Origin: the human T2T-CHM13v2.0 reference genome, Homo sapiens
DNA length: 64,000 nt
Direction: 5' to 3' (one strand)
NCBI RefSeq assembly: GCF_009914755.1
Contig: NC_060942.1
The notes beneath the pieces were generated by a model, which worked only from the letters and a program-made list of their open reading frames with translations, was not told the DNA's origin and searched no databases. Made by a program: the position numbers and the translations under genes. Below are positions 38,907-52,476 of this stretch, piece after piece (position 1 is the first letter of the stretch; every line of letters starts with the position of its first letter).

Positions 38907-39273
38907 CACATTGAGCATCCCTAATCTGAAAATCCAAAATCTGGAATGCTCCAAAATCTGAAACTTTTTGAGCCCTTAGATGATGCCACAGATGCAAAAT
39001 TCAACACCTGGCTTCATGTGATGGGTGTCAGCCAAAGGGCAGTCAAAACTTTGTATCACACAAAAAATTATTTAAAATATTGTATAAAATTACTCTCGGG
39101 CAATGTATGTATAAGCAGCATAAGAAACATACTAATCTTAGTGTTTAGATGTTGGTTCTGTCCTCAAGATATCTCATTATGTATATGCAAATATTCAAAA
39201 TATGCACACACAAAAATCCAAAATCCAAAATGCTTCTAGTTTCAAGCATTTCAAATAAGGGTCACTATACCTG
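38907..39273 (+). mobile_element. Tigger4/MER46(C)-like DNA transposon
   Basis: TA flanks. TTGAGCATCCCTAATCTGAAAATCC ... AAGCATTTCAAATAAGGG...ACCTG. Confidence 0.88.
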
Positions 39274-41075
39274 TATATAACTACTACTTCACTATTAATG
39301 AAAACTAGGGATATTAGAATTTAATAATACCTGATACATACTTTCTTAAAAGAATAAACTTTGAGTATTTGTAAAGAATCAGATTCTTCTAAATGTCATT
39401 GATCACCTTGACTCACAAAATTCACCAGCATACATGAGCAAAGTGGAAGTGAGTCCAGACTGCACCTTTAAAGACCAGCAAGTTTCTCAGCTCCTCTCTT
39501 CTAGGAATGCAACACTTCCTTACAACATATTTAGAAAATAAAATGTTCTATGCTATGGTTTTATATCTGGTCTATATTAGAAACACTTCCCCATTTTTTA
39601 CCTAATATATAATTTTATAAGCAAAATTGACTGATAAAATATATAGTTTATATAAAGTTATATTTATTAATGCACAGTGTGATTCCAAATATTTTCAATT
39701 ATTCTTTGTATTTTTTAAATTCCCAAGTTAGAGACTCTTTCAGATATGCTAAAGTGAACAGAGTGAGTACCAACTGAAAATGATTGCTAAGATTTTCATT
39801 ACTAGAGTAGGAAGATCACTAAACATCACTTTTTTTTTTTGCTTAATTTTATAATTTACTAGGTTTGCTGTATTGTTATAGGAGCCCAAAGAATGACTGT
39901 TTTAATACATTGAAATGTTGAATCAAAAGTATCAACTAGATCAATGGGCCTCCAATCACATTCACAAAAGTGAAACCAATTATGTGTTTTGTTTTTCATT
40001 CAGAATGAGTGTCATTCTGCTGATGACGTAGTTTTCATGGCTAAATCATATATTCCCAAAACTAATTAACTAGAGCTAGGTCTTACTGGGCCTTTAATAG
40101 TCTATATAGTATAATGTGTAGGTTACTTATAATCAAGCAAAATACCCTATTAATCACTTTTGTTTTTTCTTTAAGATTCAGAATAAACATTTAAAAACAC
40201 TTATCTGTAGGATGCAGCTACTCTGAACAAAAATGCATTCTTAATAGAACTTTTTCTTTTCTATGTCCCATTTGGTTAGCAAAACAAATAAAAAATGTTA
40301 ATTAGCCTTAAAGACACTGATAAACAACATTATCTGTGTTTTAAAGGATAATGCACTTTGACAGATGAAAATAGTAATAACCCTAAGTTTATTTTACTCT
40401 ACTTATACTCTGTCCAGTCAATAAGCAAGATCATTTTGCAGAACTGTTGCTGCAAATAAAACTCAAATTCCTTGAGTACCATTTAAGATGCACACTGGGG
40501 TGACAGCAATATGCATTAATTTTCTCAGCAAATTACATCTATGAAGCAATGGGGCAGTCAGTCAGAACTCAATAGAGAAAGTGGGGCTATGGCTGATGAA
40601 AACACACTCAAATAAGGATACAAATTTTGGTAAAATATAAACAGAATATCATAAGTAGAATCAATATGGACATAGACAATTTATGACTGCCAAGGCTTGT
40701 GCAAGCTTCTCTGATGATGGCTTGGGTGAGGGTCGGGGTGGGGCTACCTTTTGTGAGAATCATTGGTGGGAGATAGTTCATTAAAGTTAGAATCCATCTG
40801 CTCTGGGTCGCTCAGACATATGCCATCTTCATAGTTCTTATAAATATTGTTGAATAGAGAGTTTGTTAGTTCTTTTAGCACCTATATAGAATTAGAATAT
40901 CTGAAAGCAGGCTGAGATCAGAAACTGAAAAACTCTTGTGTTAACAGAGCCTGGGTGGAGGAAGATCCAATAATAGTTTGAGATTAGGGATTTAGGAAAC
41001 TGTAACAAACCAAATGTGAGTAGGGAGCCAGGAAATAAAGATTGAAGCAAATATTTACAAATTCTAACAAGTAAA

Positions 41076-41099
41076 ACACACACACACACACACACACAC
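41076..41099 (+). repeat. (AC)n microsatellite
   Basis: Direct reading of the sequence. Confidence 0.9.
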
Positions 41100-42209
41100 C
41101 CTACAGTAACAAGCGTATCCTTAAATTCAGTCAAAAATTTATGAATAATATCTTCGTGACATGTACACTTCATTGGGGACCTATAACGCCATCATCAGTA
41201 ACGTTTCTCCTCTGTATTTTAGAGGAACAATGTTCAAAACCTAGTATGTAACACTGATCAGAAAATTGAACAAACCAAAGAAATAGTTCAGAGGCATCAT
41301 AACCCTTCCACATAGTCATATTTTAACTCTTTGGACTTGAAATGTTTATCCCAGAAAAAGAAAATCAGCGTTTTTCAGAACCTAATTGTTGGCTTTCCTA
41401 CAAGTGCCTTATTGACCTACAGTTGGAGTTAATTAAAATGTCTGACTAGGGTGTTTCCTAAAACAGAATCAGCATGATTTATTCCAAAAAATTCTGGCAA
41501 TTTCTTAATTGCTTTGGGACTAAAAAAATTGATTCCAACCTGATGATGTTTTACTAGTACTAAATTTTACTACCGGTGATGGGAAGGGAACTCTAAATTA
41601 ATGTGCTAAGATTTATTTCCATAATTACATCGGTTGGATTTGACCCAAAACAGTTTATGATATTGAATCCCCTGATGGAGTATCATAGATTTAGTTCTCA
41701 TAAGGCAACTCTTTTGATCATTCTAGGAATTAGTGAAACTGGGAATCTAGCCGCATTTGATCAGTTTGCCCAATTCTGATGTCAGTGCATTATAGCCATC
41801 CAATAAATCAGTGAAAAGTTGTGTCACACAAGAGTCGGAGAGCTACAAATCTCCTTCCTCACATTAACTGTTTAATCTTTGGCCAGTTATTTGAACTTCG
41901 TAAATCTGAATTTCCTCTGTGTGAACTGAAGGTCATGCCACTTGGCTACAAAGTGTGTCCAATGTGTGGCAGACTCAGGGAGTGTCATAGGTTTTCAAGA
42001 GATTGGAGCTAAATCCAAGAAAGCCTATTGAAGCAGTGGGCTCTGTCTTTGCCTGTGTGAGAGTGACCTGTGGGAGTGTGCTCGTGCACCACTGCTCAGG
42101 CTCCCCCTCTGTTACAACATCCTGGCTAGGAATGGTTCCTGAACAACAGCAACCATTCAAAAGCATGCTAGGATAATGTCCAGCCAAGAGCTATCTTAGG
42201 AAAGCATTT

Positions 42210-42590
42210 CATGTTAGAACTTAAAGGGATCACAAGGACTATCGCCTTAGTGTTTCTGAAATGCCTGTCTTTAGTCTCACTGTGTCAGAATCACTTTGGA
42301 AGCACATTCAGAACATTCATTTTCTTACCTCACTTCAGAGTTACTGAATCAGCGTCCCCATGGGTTTGCTTTGGAACCTGTACAGTTAACAAGATCCTTG
42401 AGTAATTCTACTCAGCTATAGTTAAAAACCACTTATGCAAAACTGGTTTCCCTGTCCATTAACATTCATAAATGAGAAAAGGGAGGCCTAGAGAGGAGAA
42501 ATGACTTGAGCAAGGTCACTTAGCAGTTAACTCTGTAATGACAGGGTCACTACAGAAATCCAATTCTCCAGATGCTCATTCTAGTGCTAT
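42210..42590. mobile_element. MIR with a nested MER5A-like element (~42248-42433)
   Basis: CAGAATCAC...TACTGAATCAG...TTAACAAG is MER5-like, inside the MIR core AAATGACTTGAGCAAGGTCAC. Confidence 0.55.
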
Positions 42591-43391
42591 TGCCAAGACA
42601 CAGCTTTTACTGCCATGTGGTAAAATAATAAGAGCTGTGAAACCAACTCCTGATTTCACTAATATGGTGCCATCAAGAAGCACAATTGTTGAAAATAAAG
42701 GGGGTCCTCGATATTCAACAAACTTTAAAGTGCTGAAATAAAATAGTATTGCTTTAGAATTACATTTGGCAAGTTAACAAATTCTTCTGAATCACAGCCT
42801 TCAACTTTACCGGGTCTCTGAGGAGACATATGAAGAGACAAAATCACGTTTTCTTACTCTGTTGTGCTGAACAATAATTCTCTTTAATATCAGGATTTGG
42901 CAGGTGCAGGGGTAAGATTAAAATAAAGGTAGTTGCAGATCTCCTCCTTTCAGTGATCAAAACAAAGTCTTTTGCTCCTTTGAGATCAGCACGTCATACC
43001 CTCCAGCCAGCTTTGCTGGAAAGATTGACAGCTCACATCATTCAGACCTGCTGTTCAAGAGATAGCCTAATAGCAGTGTATATCAGATCATCTCCAGACT
43101 GCAAAGGAGAATAGAGAGTGATTGTGAGCCCTACTGCAATTTGCATTCATCTCACAAACCAAGATGCTTAGGAGACAGACACTGGTAAATGAACAAAGAT
43201 CAGAATATTTAAGATCAGAAGTAATTGCTGTTTGAAGTGTTTTTGTGGGAAAGACTAGAGAATTTTATATGTTATTTTACTCAGTATCATCTGCTGGATG
43301 AGTGATAATATATTAGAACATTTTTCAGGATGCAGCAGAGTGGCTCGGATTAGATTGTTCTCATAAATAACAGGAAGAACATAGTTTTCCT

Positions 43392-43520
43392 CAGCTTTAT
43401 TAAGACATAATTGACTAATAAGATTATATTTAATTACAGTAGATAATGTAATGTTTGGATATGTGTATACATTGTGAAATAATTACATCAAACTATTAAT
43501 AATCAACCTTCCATCACACC
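43392..43520 (-). mobile_element. L1MA/MB 3' end fragment
   Basis: CAGCTTTATTAAGACATAATTGAC...TATACATTGTGAAAT. Confidence 0.65.
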
Positions 43521-43969
43521 ATTTTTATACGGAAAGATAAACAAACCCATAATTATCTAACTGGTGAGAAGGAAAAATGATTTCAGCAAAAGTTTAATTA
43601 ATTGTTTTGTCTAAATTAATGCTGGAGAGATTGTATTTGGAGACAAGCAGACTGGACTATAGCTCCAGGTCTACAAAGGACAAACACAGTAACCTTTTCT
43701 GTTTGACAACAATTTCTCACAAAGAGATTGTGATTTTGACTGTATAATTATTTCTACCTCAAAATAGTATTTTTTATTAGTGACTGACTCATCTTTTACA
43801 TTAATTGTGATATGTACCATTTAGTTTATCTAGAAAAATCTTAAATATTATAGAGCAGGATATTTATACCTTTGTAATTGAATTTCTGAAACATAACAGT
43901 ATATGAATAAGTGTGTGACTTGAAGACTCAATTTATAAAATAAAAATAAATTAGTGATATTTAGAAAAA

Positions 43970-44085
43970 TATGTATATCTTTGTGTATGTGTATATATGT
44001 ATATATGTGTATGTATACATATAGAAAAAGTGTGTCTTTGTATATACCTATATGTGTGTATGTGTGTGTGTATACATATGCCTAT
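43970..44085. repeat. Degenerate (TA/TG)n microsatellite
   Basis: Direct reading of the sequence. Confidence 0.85.
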
Positions 44086-47000
44086 ACCAAGAGGCAGAAG
44101 AAAGAAGATGGCAAACCAAAAATATCTATATTACTGTTACAAAATTGAATTATTGAGAAAACTAAAGAACAGAAACATTAAAAAAACTCTCAATTAAGCA
44201 TCTTAAATGCCTAAAAGGCTGCCATCTAGAAAATAAAGGTATTTTTTCCTGGGAATTCAGTTCCACTACTACTAGATATGTTCTAAAGGGAAAAAAATAG
44301 ATACAGTGCTTCCAGGCTATAAGAATATAGACCTTATAGTATACCCTGTCCTAAATTTTTTCCCGGAAGCAGTAAATGGTATAAACCTCTAATGAGTTGA
44401 GAACTCTTTTTTTCACTTTTGACCCACTATACTTTATAATTTGAACTCAGGTACAAAAAAGAGATAAATAAGATTTCAATATTTTGCTATTTTCTTTCAA
44501 AAATAGTTTATCAATTTTTTTTTTCGCTCAAGAATAGCTAATCATTACAAAATCTGTAAAATTTCCTGGAGACAAGAAAAACTGGAAGCTATTGAGATTG
44601 TAGGCATAGTCCAGCCATTATTAGACTATCGTATTAACACAAATATTGAAGATTCTTATTAGATGATTGGCTAAGGCTAGCCAATTCTACCTCATCCCCC
44701 ACCATGCCACCCCCAAATGAATTAGAAGTTAACTTTGGAAAGATTTTCCAGACTATTGCCCTTCTTACTTCAAATATCTGCATTCTTTTGCTCTTTCTAT
44801 TCTCTTAAAAGTCATCGTATTATGAGAGATGCTTTGGATGGTAGGTGTATACACGTGAATAGATAGGGCAGAAAATGCTGAGTATGACAATTTCTGCGAG
44901 AGTCTTCCTCAGGGTTCTGGGATTTGAGAGCAATGTTAAATTCTACTTTGGCAATAAGTTTTTGAATAGTGCATTTCTGGTGAACTGTCAAGTGACAAGT
45001 GACAAAGAAGTTTCTTTCGTGTCCCTATAAGAAGAGATTGTATGGAACAGCCCAATAAAACAAGGCAGCCCTGGGCAAGTGCACCCTGTTTCAATGATAT
45101 AACATCAAGATTCCTTCCACTCTAAATTTAACGAGATACCTGCAGAGCCAAAGAGTCAAAGCAGTTTGCAATATTTATGATTTTTATGCAGTCACTTGTG
45201 GATGCATTTGCTTAATTCACCTTGAACATAATAAGAATAATATAAAATGGTAATTGAAAACAAGCTCCTGGAGGCTGCAGAACTCATAGGCATTGAGATT
45301 TGGAGCTTTAATATACACCAAAGCACAGAACACTTGAAAGTCTGGTGTCTACTAGTTTCCAAGAAAAGAGAGTCCAAAACGCTCAAAAACCGTTTGATTT
45401 TATTACTGTATTATATTTTCATGTGAAAAAACAGTTTATCAGTCAAAAATGCCATCAATCTGTTAAAATCTATTAATATATGGAGGAAGATTATGAAGTT
45501 TTCTTTCAACCAACACTTTTCTGCCCATTTTAAGACTGTAAATGCAGACTTTATATTGTAATTGGTTGAAATCTGCTAAAAAAAAAAAAGAGGAAAACAG
45601 AGAAGTTACATAAGACTTAAAAATATTTTCATGTATATTTTATTACTGTGATCTGGTCAGGAAATTACCATTGCATAATGTAAGAATCTGAGATTTTCCT
45701 GGTATCTTTTTCTAGATGTAAAATGTAGAAATCACTTTGGAATCTCAATAATCTAGTTAGCATAGTACTTAGAAGGTATAAGGCCAGTAGCATATTTTTA
45801 ATATAAGCAAGAGTATTTTAATATGTTTAACACTTTTTATATAATTTATTCTTTATTCCATATTGATTATTATTGAAATTTAGTTAGATGAAAACCATAA
45901 TATGTATTTCAAAAATTCCAAATGTCTGTTAAGTGGTTTGGATCTATTCCAGTATCAAATTAACTCTTGTAACCTATAGTCTTTTCCATTATTACCAATA
46001 AACAACATATTTCTAGCCCTGGATATTAGAATTTGGATGCATCCAATTCTTTTGAATTACCTATTTTGAGAAATTAGACCAGGGAATGCCTCTATGCTCA
46101 TAAACTAATCATACACCCATGTCAAGGGGTCCAGTGTTGTTGAAGGTAACAAGGACCTCAGAGTGAAAGCAACCTTGCTTAGAATTCTAGTTCTGATGCT
46201 TACTGGCTGTAGGACTTCTCATGCCTAGTTTTTGTTTGTTTGTTTGTTTTTCCCTGAAATCTAGTTTTTTTTTCCAGTGTAAATTGTAATTCCATCATTA
46301 ACACAAAAAATTCTTATTAACCCATGATTATATATCAGACACCATACTAAACTCTGAGGTTCATTAGTTAAAGCCTCTATGTACATAGAATTAGCATTAA
46401 AAGAAGAATCAAATAATAAATGGGAAAATGATTTAGTTTATTGAGAAAAAGGAGTGTTTCTATCCCCACAAATATATTAAGGCTGAGACTTCAAAGCATG
46501 AATAAAGATAATCAGGAGTGGGAGTTTGAGACTCTGAAGGAATACAAGTGCAAGGGTTTAGAGGTTTGAGAAGGAATAAACATCTTTACGTTAGTTGGTG
46601 CATAGAATTCAGAGAATGATGGGAACATATGGGATGAAAAACATGGCTTCCTTTTATAGTTCTTGGCAGGATTGGATATAATATATAAAAATATTAACCA
46701 TATAATAAGAACTGATATATAATTAATATAGTCATTATGTAATCTATTGCCACAAAATCAGAGTTTAAGCTAGAATTTCTTATATAATTTTAGAAAATCT
46801 ATATAAATAATGAGCACTTAAACTCACTTTAATTTGGTCTTGTGACTACAAACCAACATAAATTTGCTTAATATTCTTCATCTATAATTAACTAAAATAA
46901 CCATTTAAACTCATTTCCCACTTGGAATCAGCTTCCTACAAACTAAAAAGGATGAATGAATATAAAACTGAGGAATTCTAATCACTCATTTTACTAATAT

Positions 47001-48823
47001 GTGAATAAAATAAATAGTTTTTATGAACTTCTTAGAACAAATGGCATTATAATTTTCATTTATATAAAAAAGGATGATTGAAGCACCAATTAATTCCATT
47101 TAAGCAAACACACAAATATGCAATTGCTACTGGAACTAAATGAAATACAGCCAATCTGAAATTTTTAAGTGCTTATTTTTAAAAAATCCAATATAAATGA
47201 ATAAAATTGTGAGCTTCTTTCCTATACAACTGATTGTACTTTCTAATCTATGTTCATTTTTGTAGCACAGCCCAGGGCTCATAGATATGGATTAATTTGC
47301 TTATTTTTAAGAAGTACTTTTATTGACTCTCAGTGGAAACATATTTGACAATTCCCTTTTGCATTGTAACATCCCTTCTGTTTTTTAATTTGCCAACAAA
47401 ACTGTTAAAAACAAAACAAAATACTCCTCACAGTAGTTCTAACATGTTGGAGGTATTTATAAAGCTATTAATCTTTTAAAATTTCTCCCCATAAAGTGGT
47501 TCACTTTTATACATCCTTGCAAAAAAAGACATTTTTACAATTAATGTTATTGCCAACAAAGCATCGATACTAGCTTAGGCTTTTATAATAGTTACAACTG
47601 AGATTACATGTTCTTAAAATAAAGAATTTCAGAAAGAAAATGGATTATTAGACCAGAATCTATTTCTAGTTGTAAACCAAAAAGTATATGATTGAATTTA
47701 AGAAGGCATTTAAGTTGAAATTACTATGAATGGCTGATTTTACATCTCAAAAAGTTTAGTTGGCTTAACTTTACATTGAAAGTGAAATAAATAATAAAAT
47801 AAAAAATATATTATTGACAGCATAAATTATTAAAGTACTAAGCCTGAGAGAGACCAAAGATATACAAAATAATACTATTTTATAAAAACTGTATTCTGTA
47901 AACATGAGTAAAGCAGATCTTTCAGAAATTAACCTACTTCCAAAAACATCAGCATTGAAAGCTGTCATCTTCCAGGCAAGAAGGAAATTTAGAGCAAAAA
48001 TATTTCTATGAGAGCAGTACTGATTAAAATCTTAACTGAAGCAATTGACCTCTGCAAGAAATATTGCCGAGTAAAAAGAACAATCAGTTTGATATATAAA
48101 ATTGTTTTAACTCCCAAAAAATAAATATAAACAGAATATATATACATGCACATACACACACATAAAATGAATATATATATATATTCATAGATGCATTTAT
48201 ATGTAAAAGAAATGCAAATCAGGGTGATGAATAATTTGAGGCACCAAACATGGCTGTATGTGATTTATATAAATTTGTTGTTTTAGATCTTTTTGCATGA
48301 ATTTTTTTAAACTTTTTGTCTGGAAATAATTTCAAAGTTATAGAAAATTTGCAAAAATAGGAATAGTCTAAGAACTTGTAATTTTTATGGCCCAGAGTAA
48401 GTAAACCAAGAAAAAAAATAAGAAGAAAAGTAGACAAACTAGGTGGCCTATAGTAAGAAAATGTAGGAAAAGAAAGAAGTGGGGTCGGGGGAGAAAGAAT
48501 CGAAAGAAAGATCATTCATGAGAGACATATCTAGAAGTGTGAAATTCATCTTTTGCCTCAAACTGGAAAACTAAAAAACAAAATTAACTCTTTTTCTTTT
48601 AAACTATACTTCACTTTTGGGCCTTGGTTGCCACTTCAGTAAAGATTTTTATCTTGACTTAGACACACTCATAGAGATAGTAAACCTGTCAATGGTCCTC
48701 CTGCAAAGGCTCTGGCTGTAGAAACATTGAGCCAGTTTGTTTATAACAAACCCGCCCCTCCTACCAAGACTTACTGCTCCAGCTTTCCTATATACAGCTG
48801 ACATTGGCTACGTGGGTTTGTGT

Positions 48824-48967
48824 TTTAGCACTTTCAGTTGCTCATTTCCATTTAAATTAATTTCTCTTAAGATAAAAACATGGACAAAAGAGTTAACATA
48901 AATGTTAGGAATTAATTATGGATTTATAAAATTATTCCTAAATCCTTAAGGAGCAATTTAATATACT
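48824..48967 (+). repeat. Copy 1 of a ~144-bp dispersed direct duplication
   Basis: Aligns by eye to 50683-50827 at ~84% identity. Confidence 0.9.
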
Positions 48968-49805
48968 GGTATTGCCTGGGAGTTTTCTGGAATGAAGTTA
49001 TCTCAGTCCTTTCCTCAGACAAAGGTGTATTATAATTTGCATTCTAAAGAGGTCCTCAGTTGATTCTTATTTAAGTTGGAGAAGTAATGCTCAGAGAAGA
49101 CCAGGCAGTACCCGGGGAAAAATCCTTGTTCAACCCTGGAGCATGGAAGGTATCTCCTTATTCCTCAGGTTCTTTTAGGTTCAGAATGGGAGGGTGTACC
49201 AAAGTTTGAGTCCTGACAGTAATTTCATGCCCAGGTCCTCAGTGTGAAACCCTGTACCATGAACCACAGAAAGATGAGGGGTTTCACTAAACATAAGAAC
49301 AGTTATTATTTACCTCATAATGCAAGGTAGTGATCAGTATTGTTTTATAGCCTCTTTGCTGGAGTATAACTGTAACCCTTTCTATAATGAACGAAAGGGA
49401 TTATGGAGGTTGCCCTATGTTTTCTGTATGGAATATTTGTTGATTTTGTTTTATTTTCCTTTTGAAATTAATTAATTAATTGGTATCAATGAAATAGGAA
49501 TGTGAGAAATAGTCTGGTAAGAATAACTTGGCTGATTGGGCACAGAGAAATGAATGCATACTCAAATGAACATGTACATAGATGTATTCCTAAATTTCAC
49601 ACAAAGGTAATTAAATCATTTTATTTATCAATTACTTTTTAAACCTTCATTTAGGTGTACAGACCTGCTATCTTACTCTGGTCATATGGGTCTAGAAAGT
49701 TGACATACACAATTAGCAAAGCAGAAGTAGATGATATTCCCTTAGAGTGAGCTGATTCTCAATTCTTTCTTTGCCAACTTTGATGTGCTTGTCAGGCATT
49801 CAAGT

Positions 49806-50166
49806 TGACATGGTTTGGCTGTGTCCCCACCCAAATCTTATCTTGAATTGTAGCTCCCATAATTCCCATGTGTTGTGGGAGGGACCCGGTGGAAGATAAT
49901 TGAGTCATGGAGGACGTTTCCCCCATACAGTTCTCTTGGTGGTGGATAAGTCTCATGAGGTGTGATGGTTTTATATAGGGTTTACCCTTTCACTTGGCTC
50001 TCATTCTCTCTTGCCTGCTGCCATGTAAGACATGACTTTTGCCTTCCATCATGATTGTGAGACTTCTCCAGCCACATGGAACTGTGTTCTGTTAAACCTC
50101 TTTTTCTTGATAAATTATCCAGTCTCATGTATGTCTTTATCAGCAGTGTGAAAATGGACTAATACA
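49806..50166 (+). mobile_element. THE1 (THE1C-like) MaLR solo LTR
   Basis: TGACATGGTTTGGCTGTGTCCCCACCC...GGACTAATACA. Perfect TSD CAAGT at 49801-49805 and 50167-50171. Confidence 0.96.
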
Positions 50167-50216
50167 CAAGTAGACAATGGATTTCTTGAGGATAGAGACT
50201 ATGTTCACTGTCCTTT

Positions 50217-50254
50217 TGTGTGTGTGTGTGTGTGTGTATGTGTGTATGCGTGCA
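50217..50254 (+). repeat. (TG)n microsatellite
   Basis: Direct reading of the sequence. Confidence 0.9.
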
Positions 50255-50682
50255 TACTCTCTATATTAAGAGTATTCTCTGTAGTGTGTAGAACCTGGGA
50301 AAAATTCAGACTGTATGCTTTCTTGTCTTCACTATTCCTGATACTTTTGGAAAGATTATGCTGAACTAAAACAGGTGTCAAAGACAGGTTTGAAGACAAA
50401 TAAAGCCAGTTAAAAACAACTAGGAGGAGGGGGATTAAGACAAGGCCATTCGTGAAGTTCACTTGCTTTTTGTCAGGGAGGATGGTGTTTGCGGTATAGA
50501 GCAAATTCAAGCTAAGATTCAGATACAACTCTTCCCTTTCATTTCATAAATGCCAGCAACTCAAGATCCTGCAATACTCAGGGAGTAGAACAATAGGACT
50601 GATTTATCATATTTCAGCGTCTTTAATACCTGCTGCCTTGAAGTGAATAATTGTAGTTTGAAGAGATAATGTGTGTGCATGC

Positions 50683-50827
50683 TTTAGCAATTCCAGTTGG
50701 TTATTTCTGTTTAACTTAATTTCTCCGAAGATAAAAACATGGACAAAAGGAATTGACATAAATGTTCAGAATTAATTATGGATTTATAAAATCATTTTTA
50801 AATCTCTAAAGAGCAATTCAATATGCT
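50683..50827 (+). repeat. Copy 2 of the ~144-bp dispersed direct duplication
   Basis: Shares AAGATAAAAACATGGACAAAAG and GAATTAATTATGGATTTATAAAAT with copy 1. Confidence 0.9.
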
Positions 50828-51132
50828 CATTTGTACTAAAAGACAGATAATTTTTCATTTGACATATTTGTTGGGATTTTGCATACTTGTGCTCCAGGGA
50901 GTACATTTATCATAAAAGATGGTATAGTGGTAATCTCTGGATTAGTGTGACATGACAGCCCTGGGGTTTTCAATGGAGTCAATAAAGAGTTCTTCATTTC
51001 CCTGCCTGAGTAATGAACTCATTATTAAATAAGGAATGACAACAACAATAATAACAAAAATCGTCAAAAGATAGAAAATGAAAATTATAACTCATAACTT
51101 GTAAAGACTAAGATAGAAAATGTGACTTGAGG

Positions 51133-51245
51133 CAGAGTAGATATTCAAAATATTTAACAATCCTGTGGCAAAGTCTTAGAGCATTCAAAATGGTAGCATC
51201 CAAGCATAACAATTGTAAGGCCATATGAGCATAATATCAGCCCTG
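51133..51245. mobile_element. Short ancient TIR (hAT-like) element
   Basis: Imperfect terminal inverted repeats CAGAGTAGATATT / AATATCAGCCCTG (10/13). No TSD seen. Confidence 0.4.
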
Positions 51246-52351
51246 AGTGGGTTGGACAGAATGACCTTGGTCTCTCTTATCCACAAAATAAGTCACGTTA
51301 AGACAAACCACTTAAAGAAAAGGTTACAAAGCAGTTATGTCTCACCGAATTATGTCTTGATCTTTGTAAAACTAGCTGAAAAAAACAAATTACTCCTCCT
51401 GGGATGTTCAATACTATAGAGAAATTAACTCCACCCACTCACGAAGGAGGACTTTGATTAACTAACCAGGTAACAAATGTCACATCAATGGGAGGAATAA
51501 AGGCTGAGACACGATACAGGCTGAGTTTAGACAGGCTTAGTAAACAACTCTCCTAGAGGAAGAAATATCAAGAGAGGAAGGGAAACATTCCTTACTATAA
51601 ATATCTCATCTTTAATGCGGTAACATATCCATAGCATGGATAAAACAAATAGAAAAGCTAGAGGAAAACTAAGTCAAAGAAATGAAATATTGACCCATAA
51701 TTACACTTGGCATTCTAAGTTCATCTGACATTTATTTTAAATGAACCAAAAATACTCTAGAAAAAAAAAAACAGGCTTTGCATTTACTATCCTCAGAAAT
51801 ATACAATTTTTATCAATAATTAAAATACCTGGAAATGTTATGTAGCTATAGATAGATAGCTATGGATATACACATGGAATTTTATAACTAACATGTAAAA
51901 TATACAATGTTCTTGTATAAGTAAGCTCCTGCTTTCTTTTGCATCAACATAGGAAGACCACTTTATATTATCCATACTTTTAACAATCAAGTTACTTGTA
52001 TCTTTAAAACGTTTTAATGACTTAGTGAAGGTCATCCAGCTAATATGAGGCAGAGTCAGGACTAGAAGACACAAGTCCTGTTACCAATAAATTTCAATAC
52101 CTATAGGATATTTCATATGAGTCAGGTCCTGTACTGAGGGCTTTATGTTGTTTATTACCCAGTTGGACATACTAGTGTTCTTCTCTACCTTCTAGATTTT
52201 GCAAATTCTAGCACTTTTTAATCTAGTTTCTAAATGTTGATTGACATGTCAGTCTCTTTATTAAGGGTACTGACTCTGCATGTCTGTTCATGTATGCTAG
52301 CACCAAGAAGTGTGCCTACGGCCACAGAAAAGCAGACTAGTCATATATGAT

Positions 52352-52476
52352 TAAGGTGAGCAAATGTCACAGTTTTCTCAGACAGTTCAAATCCATGCCT
52401 GTTATTTCAACTTTGTTTGTATTTGCCTTGCTTTCAAAAGTGTTCCTGCTTTGGTGTAAATCACTTGACCATCCCG
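52352..52476 (+). mobile_element. MER94-like hAT element
   Basis: AAGGTGAGCAAATGTC...GCCTGTT...TTCAAAAGTGTTCC resembles MER94. Confidence 0.5.
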
